Positions 6,407-14,703 of a stretch of 24,307 nt of DNA are shown piece by piece. The translations under genes and the position numbers were made by a program. Within the stretch, counting starts at the first letter, position 1, and each line of letters opens with the position of its first letter. The notes beneath the pieces were generated by a model. That model saw nothing but the letters and a program-made list of their open reading frames with translations, had not been told where the DNA came from and made no database searches. The DNA comes from a virus (lineage: Duplodnaviria > Caudoviricetes), in the IMG/VR virus record IMGVR_UViG_3300036815_000036, positions 1 to 24,307 of that record. The stretch is one strand, 5' to 3'.

Positions 6407-8359
6407 ATCAGTACCAAGAAACTCCTCTGGCATTCCAACGCGCCCGAGCCGCTGTCCAACACCGGGTACGGCGTGGAAACCGCCCTGTTCACCAAGCGCA
6501 TCGCGGAGATGGGCTACGACGTGGTGATCTCCTGCATGACGGGGGTGTCCGGGTTCTCCACCGAGTGGGAGGGCCTGCCGTGCCTGTCAAGCGGCGTGTC
6601 GGCGTACTCGTCCGACATCCTGGAGGGCCACGCCCGGTACTTTTTCGGCCGCGACCGTGGGCTGATCCTGATCCACTACGACGCCTGGGCGGTCGGCCCG
6701 GACCCGGTGCGCGGCCACGCGTGCGCGGCCTGGTCGCCGGTCCACTCGGTGCCGATGTCCGCCGGGGACCAGGCGTTCTACGCCCTGTCCGGGGCGCAGC
6801 CCATCGCCTACTCCCGGTTCGGCGAGCGGCAGATGGCCAAGGCCGGGTTGCAGCCGTGCTACGTCCCCCACGGCGTGGACACCCAGGTTTTCCGGCCGCT
6901 GTCAGATGATGAGCGGGCCGAGGCGCGGAAGCGGCTGCACGTCCCGCAGGACGCGTTCGTCATCGCCGTGGTGGGGGCGAACAAGGGCACCGACCCGGCG
7001 CGTAAGGGCTGGGGCGAGTTGTTCCAGGCGTTCGCCCGGTTCGCCAAGACCCACCCGGATGCGATCCTGCTGATCCACTCCATGGCCGCGACGATGGACG
7101 GCTACGGCCTGGACATGCGGCCGATCATCCACCAGCTGGGCATCGGCTCCAAGGTGATCTTCAGCGAGGATTACGCGCAGGTGGTCGGCCTGTACTCGTC
7201 CACCTACGTGGCGATGCTGACCGGCTGCGCGGACGTGCTGGCGCAGCCGTCGTGGGGTGAGGGGTTCGGCCTCTCGGCGTTGCAGGCGCAGGCGTGCGGC
7301 GTGCCGGTGATCGTCGGGGACAACACCGCGCAGACTGAACTGTGCGGCGCCGGGTGGAAGGTCGCATGCCAGGAATACTGGTACCCGCGTGATCAGGCGT
7401 GGTGGTTCCCGCCGAACATCGACTCGCTGACGGCGAAGCTGCACAAGGCGTACGCCAAGGCGCGGGACCCGAAGCTGCGGGCCAGGGCGCGGGAGTTCGC
7501 GCTGGCCTACGACGCGGACCTGATCGCGGCCAAGTATTGGAAGCCGGTCCTGGCGATGCTGGAGCAGTACGCGGGCATGACGCCGGTGCGGTCGCAGGTC
7601 AACGGGGCCATCCCGCTGCCCACCGCCGAGGTGGACGGCTTCCGGTGGATTCAGCGTGGCTCCCACACCGACGACTGGATAGCGATCGGTCACGAGGACG
7701 CCCTGGCGCCGGTGCTGGAGGGCCTGCTGCCCGATGGGGGCGTGGTCCTGGACGTGGGCGCGCACATCGGCCGCTGGTCGCTGCGGCTGGCCCGCCGGGC
7801 GTCGGCGGTGATCGCGGTGGAGGCCAACCCGGACACCGCCGCCGTGCTGCGGGCGCACATCGAGATGAACAGCGTGGACAACGTGGAGGTGTACGAGGCC
7901 GCCGCGTGGGACTCGGCCACCGACCTGATGCTGTCGGACCCCAACGGGCAGGTGAGCGGCGGTTCGACGCGGGTCCTCGAACCGGCCGTGGCCGGCGGCA
8001 CCACGGTGACTGCGGTGCCGCTGGACGACCTGCTGCACGATGAGCTTCGCATCGACCTGGTGAAGCTCGATGTGGAGGGCGCCGACCTGCACGCGCTCCG
8101 GGGCATGGCCAAGCTGCTGGACCGTTGTCGGCCGGTGCTGTTCATTGAGGACCACTCGATCTACGGCTACTACGACCGGCCGGATCTGCTGGACCTGCTG
8201 GGCGAGCTTGGTTACGATGCCCGGGTGTTCACCGCGATGCTGGCCGGTGGCCGTTCCGCGCCGTACGTGATCGCACGCCCGGCCGGTGACGGCGACGACC
8301 AGTGGTGGGCGGCGCAGCCGGGGGAGACGACGCACCGGGCGCCGCGCCCCGTCCAGTAG
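6407..8359 (+). CDS. GT4 (GT-B) glycosyltransferase fused to a C-terminal FkbM-family methyltransferase; probable ATC start at 6407
   Basis: KLLWHSNAP..SNTGYG N-terminal motif upstream of GTG 6473; VPHGVDTQVFRP, RKGW, PSWGEGFGL..QAQACGVPVI; FkbM motifs VLDVGAHIG, AVEANP, KLDVEGAD. Confidence 0.9.
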   Translation: MSTKKLLWHSNAPEPLSNTGYGVETALFTKRIAEMGYDVVISCMTGVSGFSTEWEGLPCLSSGVSAYSSDILEGHARYFFGRDRGLILIHYDAWAVGPDPVRGHACAAWSPVHSVPMSAGDQAFYALSGAQPIAYSRFGERQMAKAGLQPCYVPHGVDTQVFRPLSDDERAEARKRLHVPQDAFVIAVVGANKGTDPARKGWGELFQAFARFAKTHPDAILLIHSMAATMDGYGLDMRPIIHQLGIGSKVIFSEDYAQVVGLYSSTYVAMLTGCADVLAQPSWGEGFGLSALQAQACGVPVIVGDNTAQTELCGAGWKVACQEYWYPRDQAWWFPPNIDSLTAKLHKAYAKARDPKLRARAREFALAYDADLIAAKYWKPVLAMLEQYAGMTPVRSQVNGAIPLPTAEVDGFRWIQRGSHTDDWIAIGHEDALAPVLEGLLPDGGVVLDVGAHIGRWSLRLARRASAVIAVEANPDTAAVLRAHIEMNSVDNVEVYEAAAWDSATDLMLSDPNGQVSGGSTRVLEPAVAGGTTVTAVPLDDLLHDELRIDLVKLDVEGADLHALRGMAKLLDRCRPVLFIEDHSIYGYYDRPDLLDLLGELGYDARVFTAMLAGGRSAPYVIARPAGDGDDQWWAAQPGETTHRAPRPVQ

Positions 8360-8368
8360 GAGGCGGCG

Positions 8369-9028
8369 ATGAGCGACAGCCAGACCGAGACCGAATGGGG
8401 ACCGGTCCGGGACCGGGCGCTGGCCGTCGCCACCCGGGCGGTGGTCGCCGGTGCGGCGCAGGAGCTAGACGAACTGGCCGACGCGGTGAGGGCCGTGGAA
8501 GCGGTCAATCCGCAGGTGCTGGTGGAGGTGGGCTGCGACCGTGGCGGCACGCTGCTGGCGTGGCGGTTCTGCTGCCCCCGGGTGTACGGCATCACCCTGG
8601 CCGATAACGGCTACGACACTGGCGGGTCGGGGCAGCCGCTGGACCCCCACGGCGCGGAGGTGTTCATCGGGGACTCCCACAGCATGGAGGCGGCGGCGTG
8701 GCTGGCCGCCCAGCTGGCCCACGGGTTCAAGCCCACGGATCTGCTGGACCTGGTGGACGTGCTGGTGATCGACGGCGACCACACCCCGGATGGGGTGCGG
8801 ATGGACCTGGCCCTGTATGGGCCGCTGGTCCGCCCCGGCGGGCTGATCATGCTGCACGACATCGCGCCCTCGGAGGACCCACGGTCGCAGGTGTGGCGGG
8901 TGTGGCCGCAGCTGGCCGGCGCCTACCAGACGGAGGAGATCATCAACCCGGAGGGTGGCCCCGGCTGGGGCTTGATCCGGGTCCGAGAGAATGACGAGTT
9001 CGGGCCACCGAATCCGGCCGACTTTTAG
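8369..9028 (+). CDS. Class I SAM-dependent methyltransferase (Methyltransf_24-like, probable sugar O-methyltransferase)
   Basis: LVEVGCDRGGT, IGDSH, DVLVIDGDHT, LVRPGGLIMLHD; RBS AGGAGG. Confidence 0.88.
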   Translation: MSDSQTETEWGPVRDRALAVATRAVVAGAAQELDELADAVRAVEAVNPQVLVEVGCDRGGTLLAWRFCCPRVYGITLADNGYDTGGSGQPLDPHGAEVFIGDSHSMEAAAWLAAQLAHGFKPTDLLDLVDVLVIDGDHTPDGVRMDLALYGPLVRPGGLIMLHDIAPSEDPRSQVWRVWPQLAGAYQTEEIINPEGGPGWGLIRVRENDEFGPPNPADF

Positions 9029-9039
9029 AGGAGATCCCC

Positions 9040-9501
9040 ATGGCCGCGAAGACGAAGACCAAGATGATGGTGACCCAGCCCTACCACGGTGAGGGCGGCG
9101 TGCTGCTGTTCGAGCCCGGCCACATATTCGAGGCGGGCGAGGAACTGCCGGACAACATCGCGGTCGCCGAGGCGCCCGAGGAGCAGCCCGAGCCGGGATG
9201 GCATCCGATGGAGTACCCGGCCGATGACCCGGGCCTGGTGATTCCGGTGAGCGACCACGGCAGCGGCGACTACTGGCCGACCGGGAAACCGGCCAAGGCC
9301 AAGGCGGCGGCTAAGGACGAGGACGGCGACTCCAACCCGGACGAAGGTGACGACAGCGGAGCCGACACGGGCAAGCAGGAGGACGGCGGCGCGGCCAAGG
9401 GAACCCAGGACAAGGGCACCAGCCAGGCCAGCACCTCCGGCAGCCACCCAGCCACCGGCCGGGCGTCCACCTCGGGTGGCTCGCGCACCGGGTCCCGGTG
9501 A
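9040..9501 (+). CDS. Acidic hypothetical protein with low-complexity C-terminus
   Basis: RBS GAGGAG; GTGA overlap with the next gene. Confidence 0.7.
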   Translation: MAAKTKTKMMVTQPYHGEGGVLLFEPGHIFEAGEELPDNIAVAEAPEEQPEPGWHPMEYPADDPGLVIPVSDHGSGDYWPTGKPAKAKAAAKDEDGDSNPDEGDDSGADTGKQEDGGAAKGTQDKGTSQASTSGSHPATGRASTSGGSRTGSR

Positions 9502-9824
9502 GAGGCCACGCGGTCCTGCTGGAGGGGACGCAGGACTGGTCCTGCCCCAACTGCGGGATCAGCGAGCGGACGCCGCAGCTGGGCCCGAACGCGGCCCGGT
9601 TCCATCCTTGCCCGAGGCTGCACGGGCTGATCGCGCCGCTGGTCCTGGCCGGGACCGATTGCAAGGTGGTGGCGATCGAGCGGGGCGACTACCTGAACGG
9701 TGAGGAGCAGCGCACCGGTGACGACGGCAGGCCGTACATGGCGGTGGTCACCGAACGGGCCGACGGGTCAAACGACGCGGCTGTGTTCCCCGCTGTCGCG
9801 GTCGCCCGGGTCGGGCGGGACTAG
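9498..9824 (+). CDS. Hypothetical phage protein with CxxC...HxC putative Zn-binding motif
   Basis: WSCPNCG...RFHPCP; GTGA translational coupling. Confidence 0.75.
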   Translation: MRGHAVLLEGTQDWSCPNCGISERTPQLGPNAARFHPCPRLHGLIAPLVLAGTDCKVVAIERGDYLNGEEQRTGDDGRPYMAVVTERADGSNDAAVFPAVAVARVGRD

Positions 9825-10082
9825 CCGGAATCTTCCGGCCGCGTCCCAGGTGATCGTCCAGTCGCCTGGCTGAGAGTCACCCTCCCGGGGCCAGATCACT
9901 AGGTGTTCCTCGGGCGGCCGTTCGTACAGCGCCCGCAGGTAAGCCGCCGGGCCGAGCCCGGCGGCGGCCGACTGGTCCCGCAGCATCCGCAGCCGCCCTG
10001 TGATGGCGGCCGGGTGCTGCCCGTCAGTGAACACGTACCGGACCAGCAGTTCCGCTAGGTGCCGGTCCTCCGCAGTTGTCAT
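9768..10082 (-). CDS. 104-aa antisense moron-like hypothetical protein, probably leaderless
   Basis: ATG at 10082 (MTTAEDRHLAELLVRY...) with TACGGT 6 nt upstream; fills the + strand gap 9825-10106. Confidence 0.55.
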   Translation of the reverse strand: MTTAEDRHLAELLVRYVFTDGQHPAAITGRLRMLRDQSAAAGLGPAAYLRALYERPPEEHLVIWPREGDSQPGDWTITWDAAGRFRLVPPDPGDRDSGEHSRVV

Positions 10083-10088
10083 CCCCCC

Positions 10089-10094
10089 ACCGTA
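10089..10094 (-). promoter_or_regulatory. Putative -10 (TACGGT) of a leaderless transcript
   Basis: TAnnnT-N6-ATG geometry typical of actinobacterial leaderless genes. Confidence 0.5.
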
Positions 10095-10106
10095 GAGGAG
10101 CCCGCC

Positions 10107-10349
10107 GTGGCTGAAACACGCGCACATGCCGGAGTCGCGGCAGGCCGGGGTGGTGTCGGCCCGGACCCGCTGAACCGCAAGTACGTCAGGCCCACCAACC
10201 CGGCGCGGGGGGTGACCTACACCACCGACCATCCGATCGGTGGCGACTACGAACCGGTGCCGCCGCTCCCGGCGGAGGAGCAGCACGCCAAGGGCCACCA
10301 GCCGCAGGCCGCCCTAGACGAGGAGGCCGCCGGCGATGGGATGGACTGA
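10107..10349 (+). CDS. 80-aa hypothetical protein
   Basis: RBS GAGGAG 10095-10100, GTG 10107 (MAETRAHAGVAAG...); overlaps the next start. Confidence 0.65.
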   Translation: MAETRAHAGVAAGRGGVGPDPLNRKYVRPTNPARGVTYTTDHPIGGDYEPVPPLPAEEQHAKGHQPQAALDEEAAGDGMD

Positions 10350-10836
10350 CAGCAGGATCTTCACCCAGGCGCTGCTGAACCCGATCATGGGCCGGTTGTG
10401 GACCACCGCCGCGCCCACCCTGTTCTCCTCGCTGTCCGCCGACGCGGTGAACGTGGCCCTGTTCAATAACACGACCACTCCCGACCGGGACGCGGCCGTG
10501 GGGTCCACCGGATTCAACACCGGCGTGTGGGTCACCGGCAACGAGGTGATCGACACCGGCGGGTCGAACTGGGCCAGCGGCGGCCGGGCGCTGGCGTCTA
10601 AGGCGTTCGCGGCGGGCACGTCGATTGTCAACTTCGACGCCGCCGACCTGGCCGGGGCGGGGAATGTGACCATCGCGGCGGCGTTCGGCGCGTTCGTGTA
10701 CGACTCCACCATCACCGGCGGCACGGTGGCTAAACAGGGCATGTGTTTCAACTATTTCGGCGGCTCGCAGGGGGTCACCGGCGGGACGTTCACCGTGGTG
10801 TGGGATGCGACGGGGATCTTCAAGGTGACCCTCTAG
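10336..10836 (+). CDS. Putative virion structural protein
   Basis: DAVNVALF...NEV...WASGG..L...FDAAD...GAFVYD...FGG...GTFTVVWDATGIF pattern, recognisable from a widespread uncharacterised phage structural family; RBS GAGGAGG. Confidence 0.8.
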   Translation: MGWTDSRIFTQALLNPIMGRLWTTAAPTLFSSLSADAVNVALFNNTTTPDRDAAVGSTGFNTGVWVTGNEVIDTGGSNWASGGRALASKAFAAGTSIVNFDAADLAGAGNVTIAAAFGAFVYDSTITGGTVAKQGMCFNYFGGSQGVTGGTFTVVWDATGIFKVTL

Positions 10837-10847
10837 GAGGCTGAGCT

Positions 10848-11435
10848 ATGGCCGGTTACGACCGGGTTGTCGAGACCCTGTTCTCGTACTCGCAGGCGGC
10901 GTCGGCCAGTGTTCCTACTGCCAGCCCCGGGTCCACGATGTGCAACGGCTGGCCGGCTATCCCGGTTCCGGCTGGGCAGTTGTCCAAGCTGGGCGAGCAG
11001 ACATCCAGTATGCGGCTGGTCATCGAGGGCGCCCTGACCGCTACCGCGACTATCCCCTCGTTTGCGTTCCTGCTGTACATGAGCCAGGCCAACCCGGCCG
11101 CGTTCGCCACCACCAACCAGCTGCACGCGATCTCCGGCACCAACACCCCCGGCGGCGCGGTGACGGCGGCCCGGTTCCGCGCCGAGTGGAACATCAAGCT
11201 GCGGGCGCTCGGCGCCCCGGGCGCCAACTCGACCCTCGTCACCACCGGCTGGGTGAAGTGCCCGGCGTTCGCCTCCCCGTTCGAGGTGTCCTGCCCGGCC
11301 GCGAACACCGCCGCCACGTTCACCACGTTCGACCCGCAGCAGGTCATGTACCTGTGGCCGGCGATCATCCTCGGCGCGGCCACGGCGGGTAACACTGTCA
11401 CCCCTGACTGGGCCAAGCTGTACGCGGAAAGCTGA
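10848..11435 (+). CDS. Beta-rich hypothetical protein, putative structural/appendage component
   Basis: RBS AGGAGG; Thr/Ala-rich; co-oriented within the structural operon. Confidence 0.75.
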   Translation: MAGYDRVVETLFSYSQAASASVPTASPGSTMCNGWPAIPVPAGQLSKLGEQTSSMRLVIEGALTATATIPSFAFLLYMSQANPAAFATTNQLHAISGTNTPGGAVTAARFRAEWNIKLRALGAPGANSTLVTTGWVKCPAFASPFEVSCPAANTAATFTTFDPQQVMYLWPAIILGAATAGNTVTPDWAKLYAES

Positions 11436-11438
11436 GCC

Positions 11439-11819
11439 ATGCCAACGACGTTCACCATTCCGCTGGTCACGCTGCCGGTGGGCGCGCGCCAGTTCGGCCC
11501 CACTCACCCGGCTGACACTGAGGGCGCCATCGTGCTGACTATCGACCGCACCGTCACGGCGGGGCTCAACTCGCTGGCCGCCGACAGCACCATCACGACC
11601 GACGTAGAGCAGTCCAACGACGGCGGCGCGTCGTGGCAGGATCTTGGCGGCACGGTATTTCCCGGTGGCTTGTATTTCAGCGCGAAAACGGGGGCCAACG
11701 CCGCCGCATCCACTGGCCGATGGAACCTGATTCCCGGCACCTCCCGCCAGTTGCGGGCCACGGTGACGGTCAGCGGCCCGGCGTCCATCGCGGTGGCTGG
11801 CACGATCGTGACCAGCTAG
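11439..11819 (+). CDS. Small beta-sandwich-like putative structural protein
   Basis: VEQSNDGGASWQD (single Asp-box-like motif); RQLRATVTVSG. Confidence 0.75.
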   Translation: MPTTFTIPLVTLPVGARQFGPTHPADTEGAIVLTIDRTVTAGLNSLAADSTITTDVEQSNDGGASWQDLGGTVFPGGLYFSAKTGANAAASTGRWNLIPGTSRQLRATVTVSGPASIAVAGTIVTS

Positions 11820-11835
11820 CAAGGGGGGGTGACCC

Positions 11836-13893
11836 GTGGCGTGGTCGCGCCTCCAGTCGGCCAGTGGCGGCGGCACGACCCTCACCACCCTGACCGTCAC
11901 CTACACGGCGGCCAACGTGTCCGCTGGCACCAAGCTGCTGGCGTGGGTGATGGCCAACGCTGCCAGCGGTGTCTCCACAATCAACAGCGTCAAAGACGGC
12001 GCGGGCAACAGCCTCACCCTCGTACCCAACTCTGTGTCCGGCTCGGGCGGCGGCGACAGCGAGCGGGGCGCCTGCTACCAGCTTGACACCCCATCGGGGG
12101 ACGTGGGCACTAAGCCGTCGATCACGGTCATCCTGGCTGCCCAGGCCGACGACCTGTCCATGCTGGTGCAGGAAGTGTCGGGCCTGGCCACGGGCAACGC
12201 CGCCGATGGCACCGCCGCGACGCTGAACACCGCTCAGACTGCATCAATCGCGCAGCCCGCCTACACGTCCAGCGCGGCCAGCGAGTACCTGGTGTCGTTC
12301 TTCGGCGACGACGGCAGTTCGGAGAGCTACACGGCCCCGTCCGGGTACACCGTTGACCCGGCGAACATCAATAACAGCGGCACCAACGACGTGGCCGTTG
12401 CGTACAAGAACAGCACGGGCGGCGCGGAGTCCGGCACCTGGGCGTTCACCGGCACCGCCGGCCCGTTTACCGCATCCTTCATCGTTGTCGCATTCCGGCT
12501 GGCGGGCGGAGGGACGCCCGGCCCGGTGGCGGTAGCGCGCCGCCGGGACTATATGCGCCGCTACCGGCGCCGCCGCACCGCACCGCCGCCCACTACGGGG
12601 GACGCTGGCGGCCCGGCCGCAGTCATCGTCAACGCCGGTGTCGCGGCGGGGACCGGCGTGGCCACCGGCGCCACGGCAAGCGCGGGGATCAACTCCGGTG
12701 TGGCAGCTGGGACCGGGGCGGCCTCTCCGGCTGTGGCAGCTGCCGGGGTGAACGCCGGTGCCGCACCCGGAGTGGGCGCGGCCGTGGCGACCACGGTCAC
12801 CGCCGTCACAGCGGCAGCGGCCGGGGTAGCGGCCGGGACTGGTGCAGCACCCGCCGCGACGGTGGCTGAGGGTGCGAACGCGGGTGTAGCGGCGGGGCTG
12901 GGCGCCGCACCCGGGGCGACGGTCAGCACGGTCCCGTCCACCAGCGCCAACGCGGGCGTGGCGGCCGGGACCGGCGCGGCGACGCGGGCCACGGCAGCGG
13001 CCGGTGTCCCCGCTGGTGTGGCCGCTGGTACCGGCGCCGCGACGGCGGCTACCGCAGCGGAAACGGTGAACGCGGGCGTAGCGCCGGGCTTGGGCGTGGC
13101 GCCGGGGGCGACGGTCAGCACGACCACGGCCGGGTCTGCGAACGCCGGAGTAGCGGCCGGGCTCGGTGCCGCGCCTGGTGCCACGATCGCGGCCGGTGTT
13201 AGCGCCGGGGCCGCAGCTGGTACGGGCGCGGCGCCGTCTGCCACGGCGGCCAAGGCCGTGAACGCCGCTGCGGGAGTCGCGGCAGGCAGTGGAACAGGCA
13301 CACCGGCGGGGGTCACCGCCGCGAGTTCCGCACCGGCAGGAGCGGCAGCAGGCACCGGCTCGGCGCCTGGTCCAGTCGTGATCGCGGGCGGCGGGGCCTT
13401 TGCCGGTGTCGCCACGGGAGCAGGCACGGCGCCCAACGCGTCGGTGCCGCAAGCCCCCGCCCGGGTCGCAGCTGGCGCGGGTGCCGCACCCGGGCCGGGG
13501 ATTGCGGTTGCCGTGCATGCGGGACCAGCTGGCGGCCTGGGCGGGGCCAGTGGTCCCACGATCCAGCGGGGCCTGCTGGTGCCCGCCGGTGTCGCGGCCG
13601 GGTCCGGCGTGGCCAGCCCGGCGCGGGTCGCGGTAGGGGTCGGCGCCCAGGTGGCCACCGGGCTGGGCAGCGCGGCGGGCGCGGCCGTGGTGGCGCTGAT
13701 CCCGGCGCAGTTCGGCACCGCCACCCAGGGCGGTGGCGCGCTGGTCGCAGCTGGGATCTCGGGTGCGGCAGGTGTCTCGTCCGGGACGGCTGGCGCCGGT
13801 GCCAAGGCCGGGACTGTGGCCGGGGACCAGGCGGTGGGCGCCACCGCGTCAGGCACCGCAAGCAGCGGCGCGGACATAGAAGGGAAGCCGTAG
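11836..13893 (+). CDS. Putative fibre/appendage protein: N-terminal beta domain, Arg-rich linker, about 17 Ala/Gly repeats
   Basis: MAWSRLQS... about 225-aa globular region; RRRDYMRRYRRRR; repeated (V/A)NAGVAAGTGAA. Confidence 0.8.
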   Translation: MAWSRLQSASGGGTTLTTLTVTYTAANVSAGTKLLAWVMANAASGVSTINSVKDGAGNSLTLVPNSVSGSGGGDSERGACYQLDTPSGDVGTKPSITVILAAQADDLSMLVQEVSGLATGNAADGTAATLNTAQTASIAQPAYTSSAASEYLVSFFGDDGSSESYTAPSGYTVDPANINNSGTNDVAVAYKNSTGGAESGTWAFTGTAGPFTASFIVVAFRLAGGGTPGPVAVARRRDYMRRYRRRRTAPPPTTGDAGGPAAVIVNAGVAAGTGVATGATASAGINSGVAAGTGAASPAVAAAGVNAGAAPGVGAAVATTVTAVTAAAAGVAAGTGAAPAATVAEGANAGVAAGLGAAPGATVSTVPSTSANAGVAAGTGAATRATAAAGVPAGVAAGTGAATAATAAETVNAGVAPGLGVAPGATVSTTTAGSANAGVAAGLGAAPGATIAAGVSAGAAAGTGAAPSATAAKAVNAAAGVAAGSGTGTPAGVTAASSAPAGAAAGTGSAPGPVVIAGGGAFAGVATGAGTAPNASVPQAPARVAAGAGAAPGPGIAVAVHAGPAGGLGGASGPTIQRGLLVPAGVAAGSGVASPARVAVGVGAQVATGLGSAAGAAVVALIPAQFGTATQGGGALVAAGISGAAGVSSGTAGAGAKAGTVAGDQAVGATASGTASSGADIEGKP
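12628..13700 (+). repeat. Degenerate coding tandem repeat, 19-24 aa period (xNAGVAAGxGAAPxAT)
   Basis: About 17 copies counted by eye in the translation. Confidence 0.85.
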
Positions 13894-14703
13894 ATGCTGT
13901 GTCCCGGGCAGGTGTACCACACCTCCATCACCGTCCACGGCATACAGGTTGCGCCGTCGTCGGCGGTGCTGACGATCACGCAACCGGACGGCACCATGGT
14001 CCAGCCGGCGGTTGGCTCCGGGTGGTCGCAGTCGGGTACGGACTGGACCCTCGGCTACGACTACACGCTGCCGACGCCGGGGCTGTTCCAGTTCGCCTGG
14101 ACGACGATGGGCCCGGGGACGGCGCCCTACCCGGATTTCGTCAACGTGCGGCGGGCCGCGTCGATCCTGGGCATGGCCGAGGCGATGCAGCACCTCAACG
14201 AGACCAGCCTCACCGACGACGGCATGAGCGAACTGGCGAACTTCCTTCAGGTGTCCACGGAGATGATCGAGGTCAAGGTGGGCACGCTGGTGCCACGGCA
14301 GTTCACCTACCGGGCCGAGGACGGCCGGTACCGGATTCTGGTGCCGTTCCGCAACATCCTCACCGTCCAGTCGGTCACCTCGGTGTGGCCCGGCGGCCCG
14401 GCGTGGACGACTCCGCAGCTGCGGTGGGATTCCGACGCGGGGATCATCGACCAGATCCAGCCCTTCCCGTTCTGGTGGGCGCCGTGGGACATCGTGCTGT
14501 CCTGCGGCAAGGCCGAGATCCCGGAGCGGTTCATCCACGCGGCGAAAGAACAGCTGCGGCACTTGTGGGAGACGCAGCGCGGGTCGCAGGCCCCGGCGGT
14601 GTTGCAGGGCGAGGAGGTGTACACCGCGACCACGGGGTTCACGTTCTCGGTGCCGCGCCGGGTCCTGGAACTGCTGGAGCAGGACATGGTGCCGTCGTCA
14701 TGA
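13894..14703 (+). CDS. Head-tail adaptor (gp6/gp15-like) with extra N-terminal beta domain
   Basis: AEAMQHLN...ELANFLQVSTEMIE...PERFIHAAKEQLRHLWETQRG; N-terminal LTITQPDGT...YDYTLPTPGLFQFAW. Confidence 0.8.
   Translation: MLCPGQVYHTSITVHGIQVAPSSAVLTITQPDGTMVQPAVGSGWSQSGTDWTLGYDYTLPTPGLFQFAWTTMGPGTAPYPDFVNVRRAASILGMAEAMQHLNETSLTDDGMSELANFLQVSTEMIEVKVGTLVPRQFTYRAEDGRYRILVPFRNILTVQSVTSVWPGGPAWTTPQLRWDSDAGIIDQIQPFPFWWAPWDIVLSCGKAEIPERFIHAAKEQLRHLWETQRGSQAPAVLQGEEVYTATTGFTFSVPRRVLELLEQDMVPSS

Noticed and set aside
6902-8335. 477-aa minus-strand ORF, and similar ones at 19096-20565, 20950-21990 and 23364-24239
   Set aside because: Stop-poor antisense frames expected at high GC3; they overlap well-supported + genes and have no motifs.
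6407-9028. DNA modification or restriction-modification role for the transferases
   Set aside because: No DPPY/NPPY or PC motifs typical of DNA methyltransferases, and the context is structural; disfavoured rather than excluded.
12244-13997. Long minus-strand ORFs (478 and 424 aa) over the repeat gene
   Set aside because: Antisense shadows of a GC-rich Ala/Gly repeat; the + frame has operon context and coherent domains.
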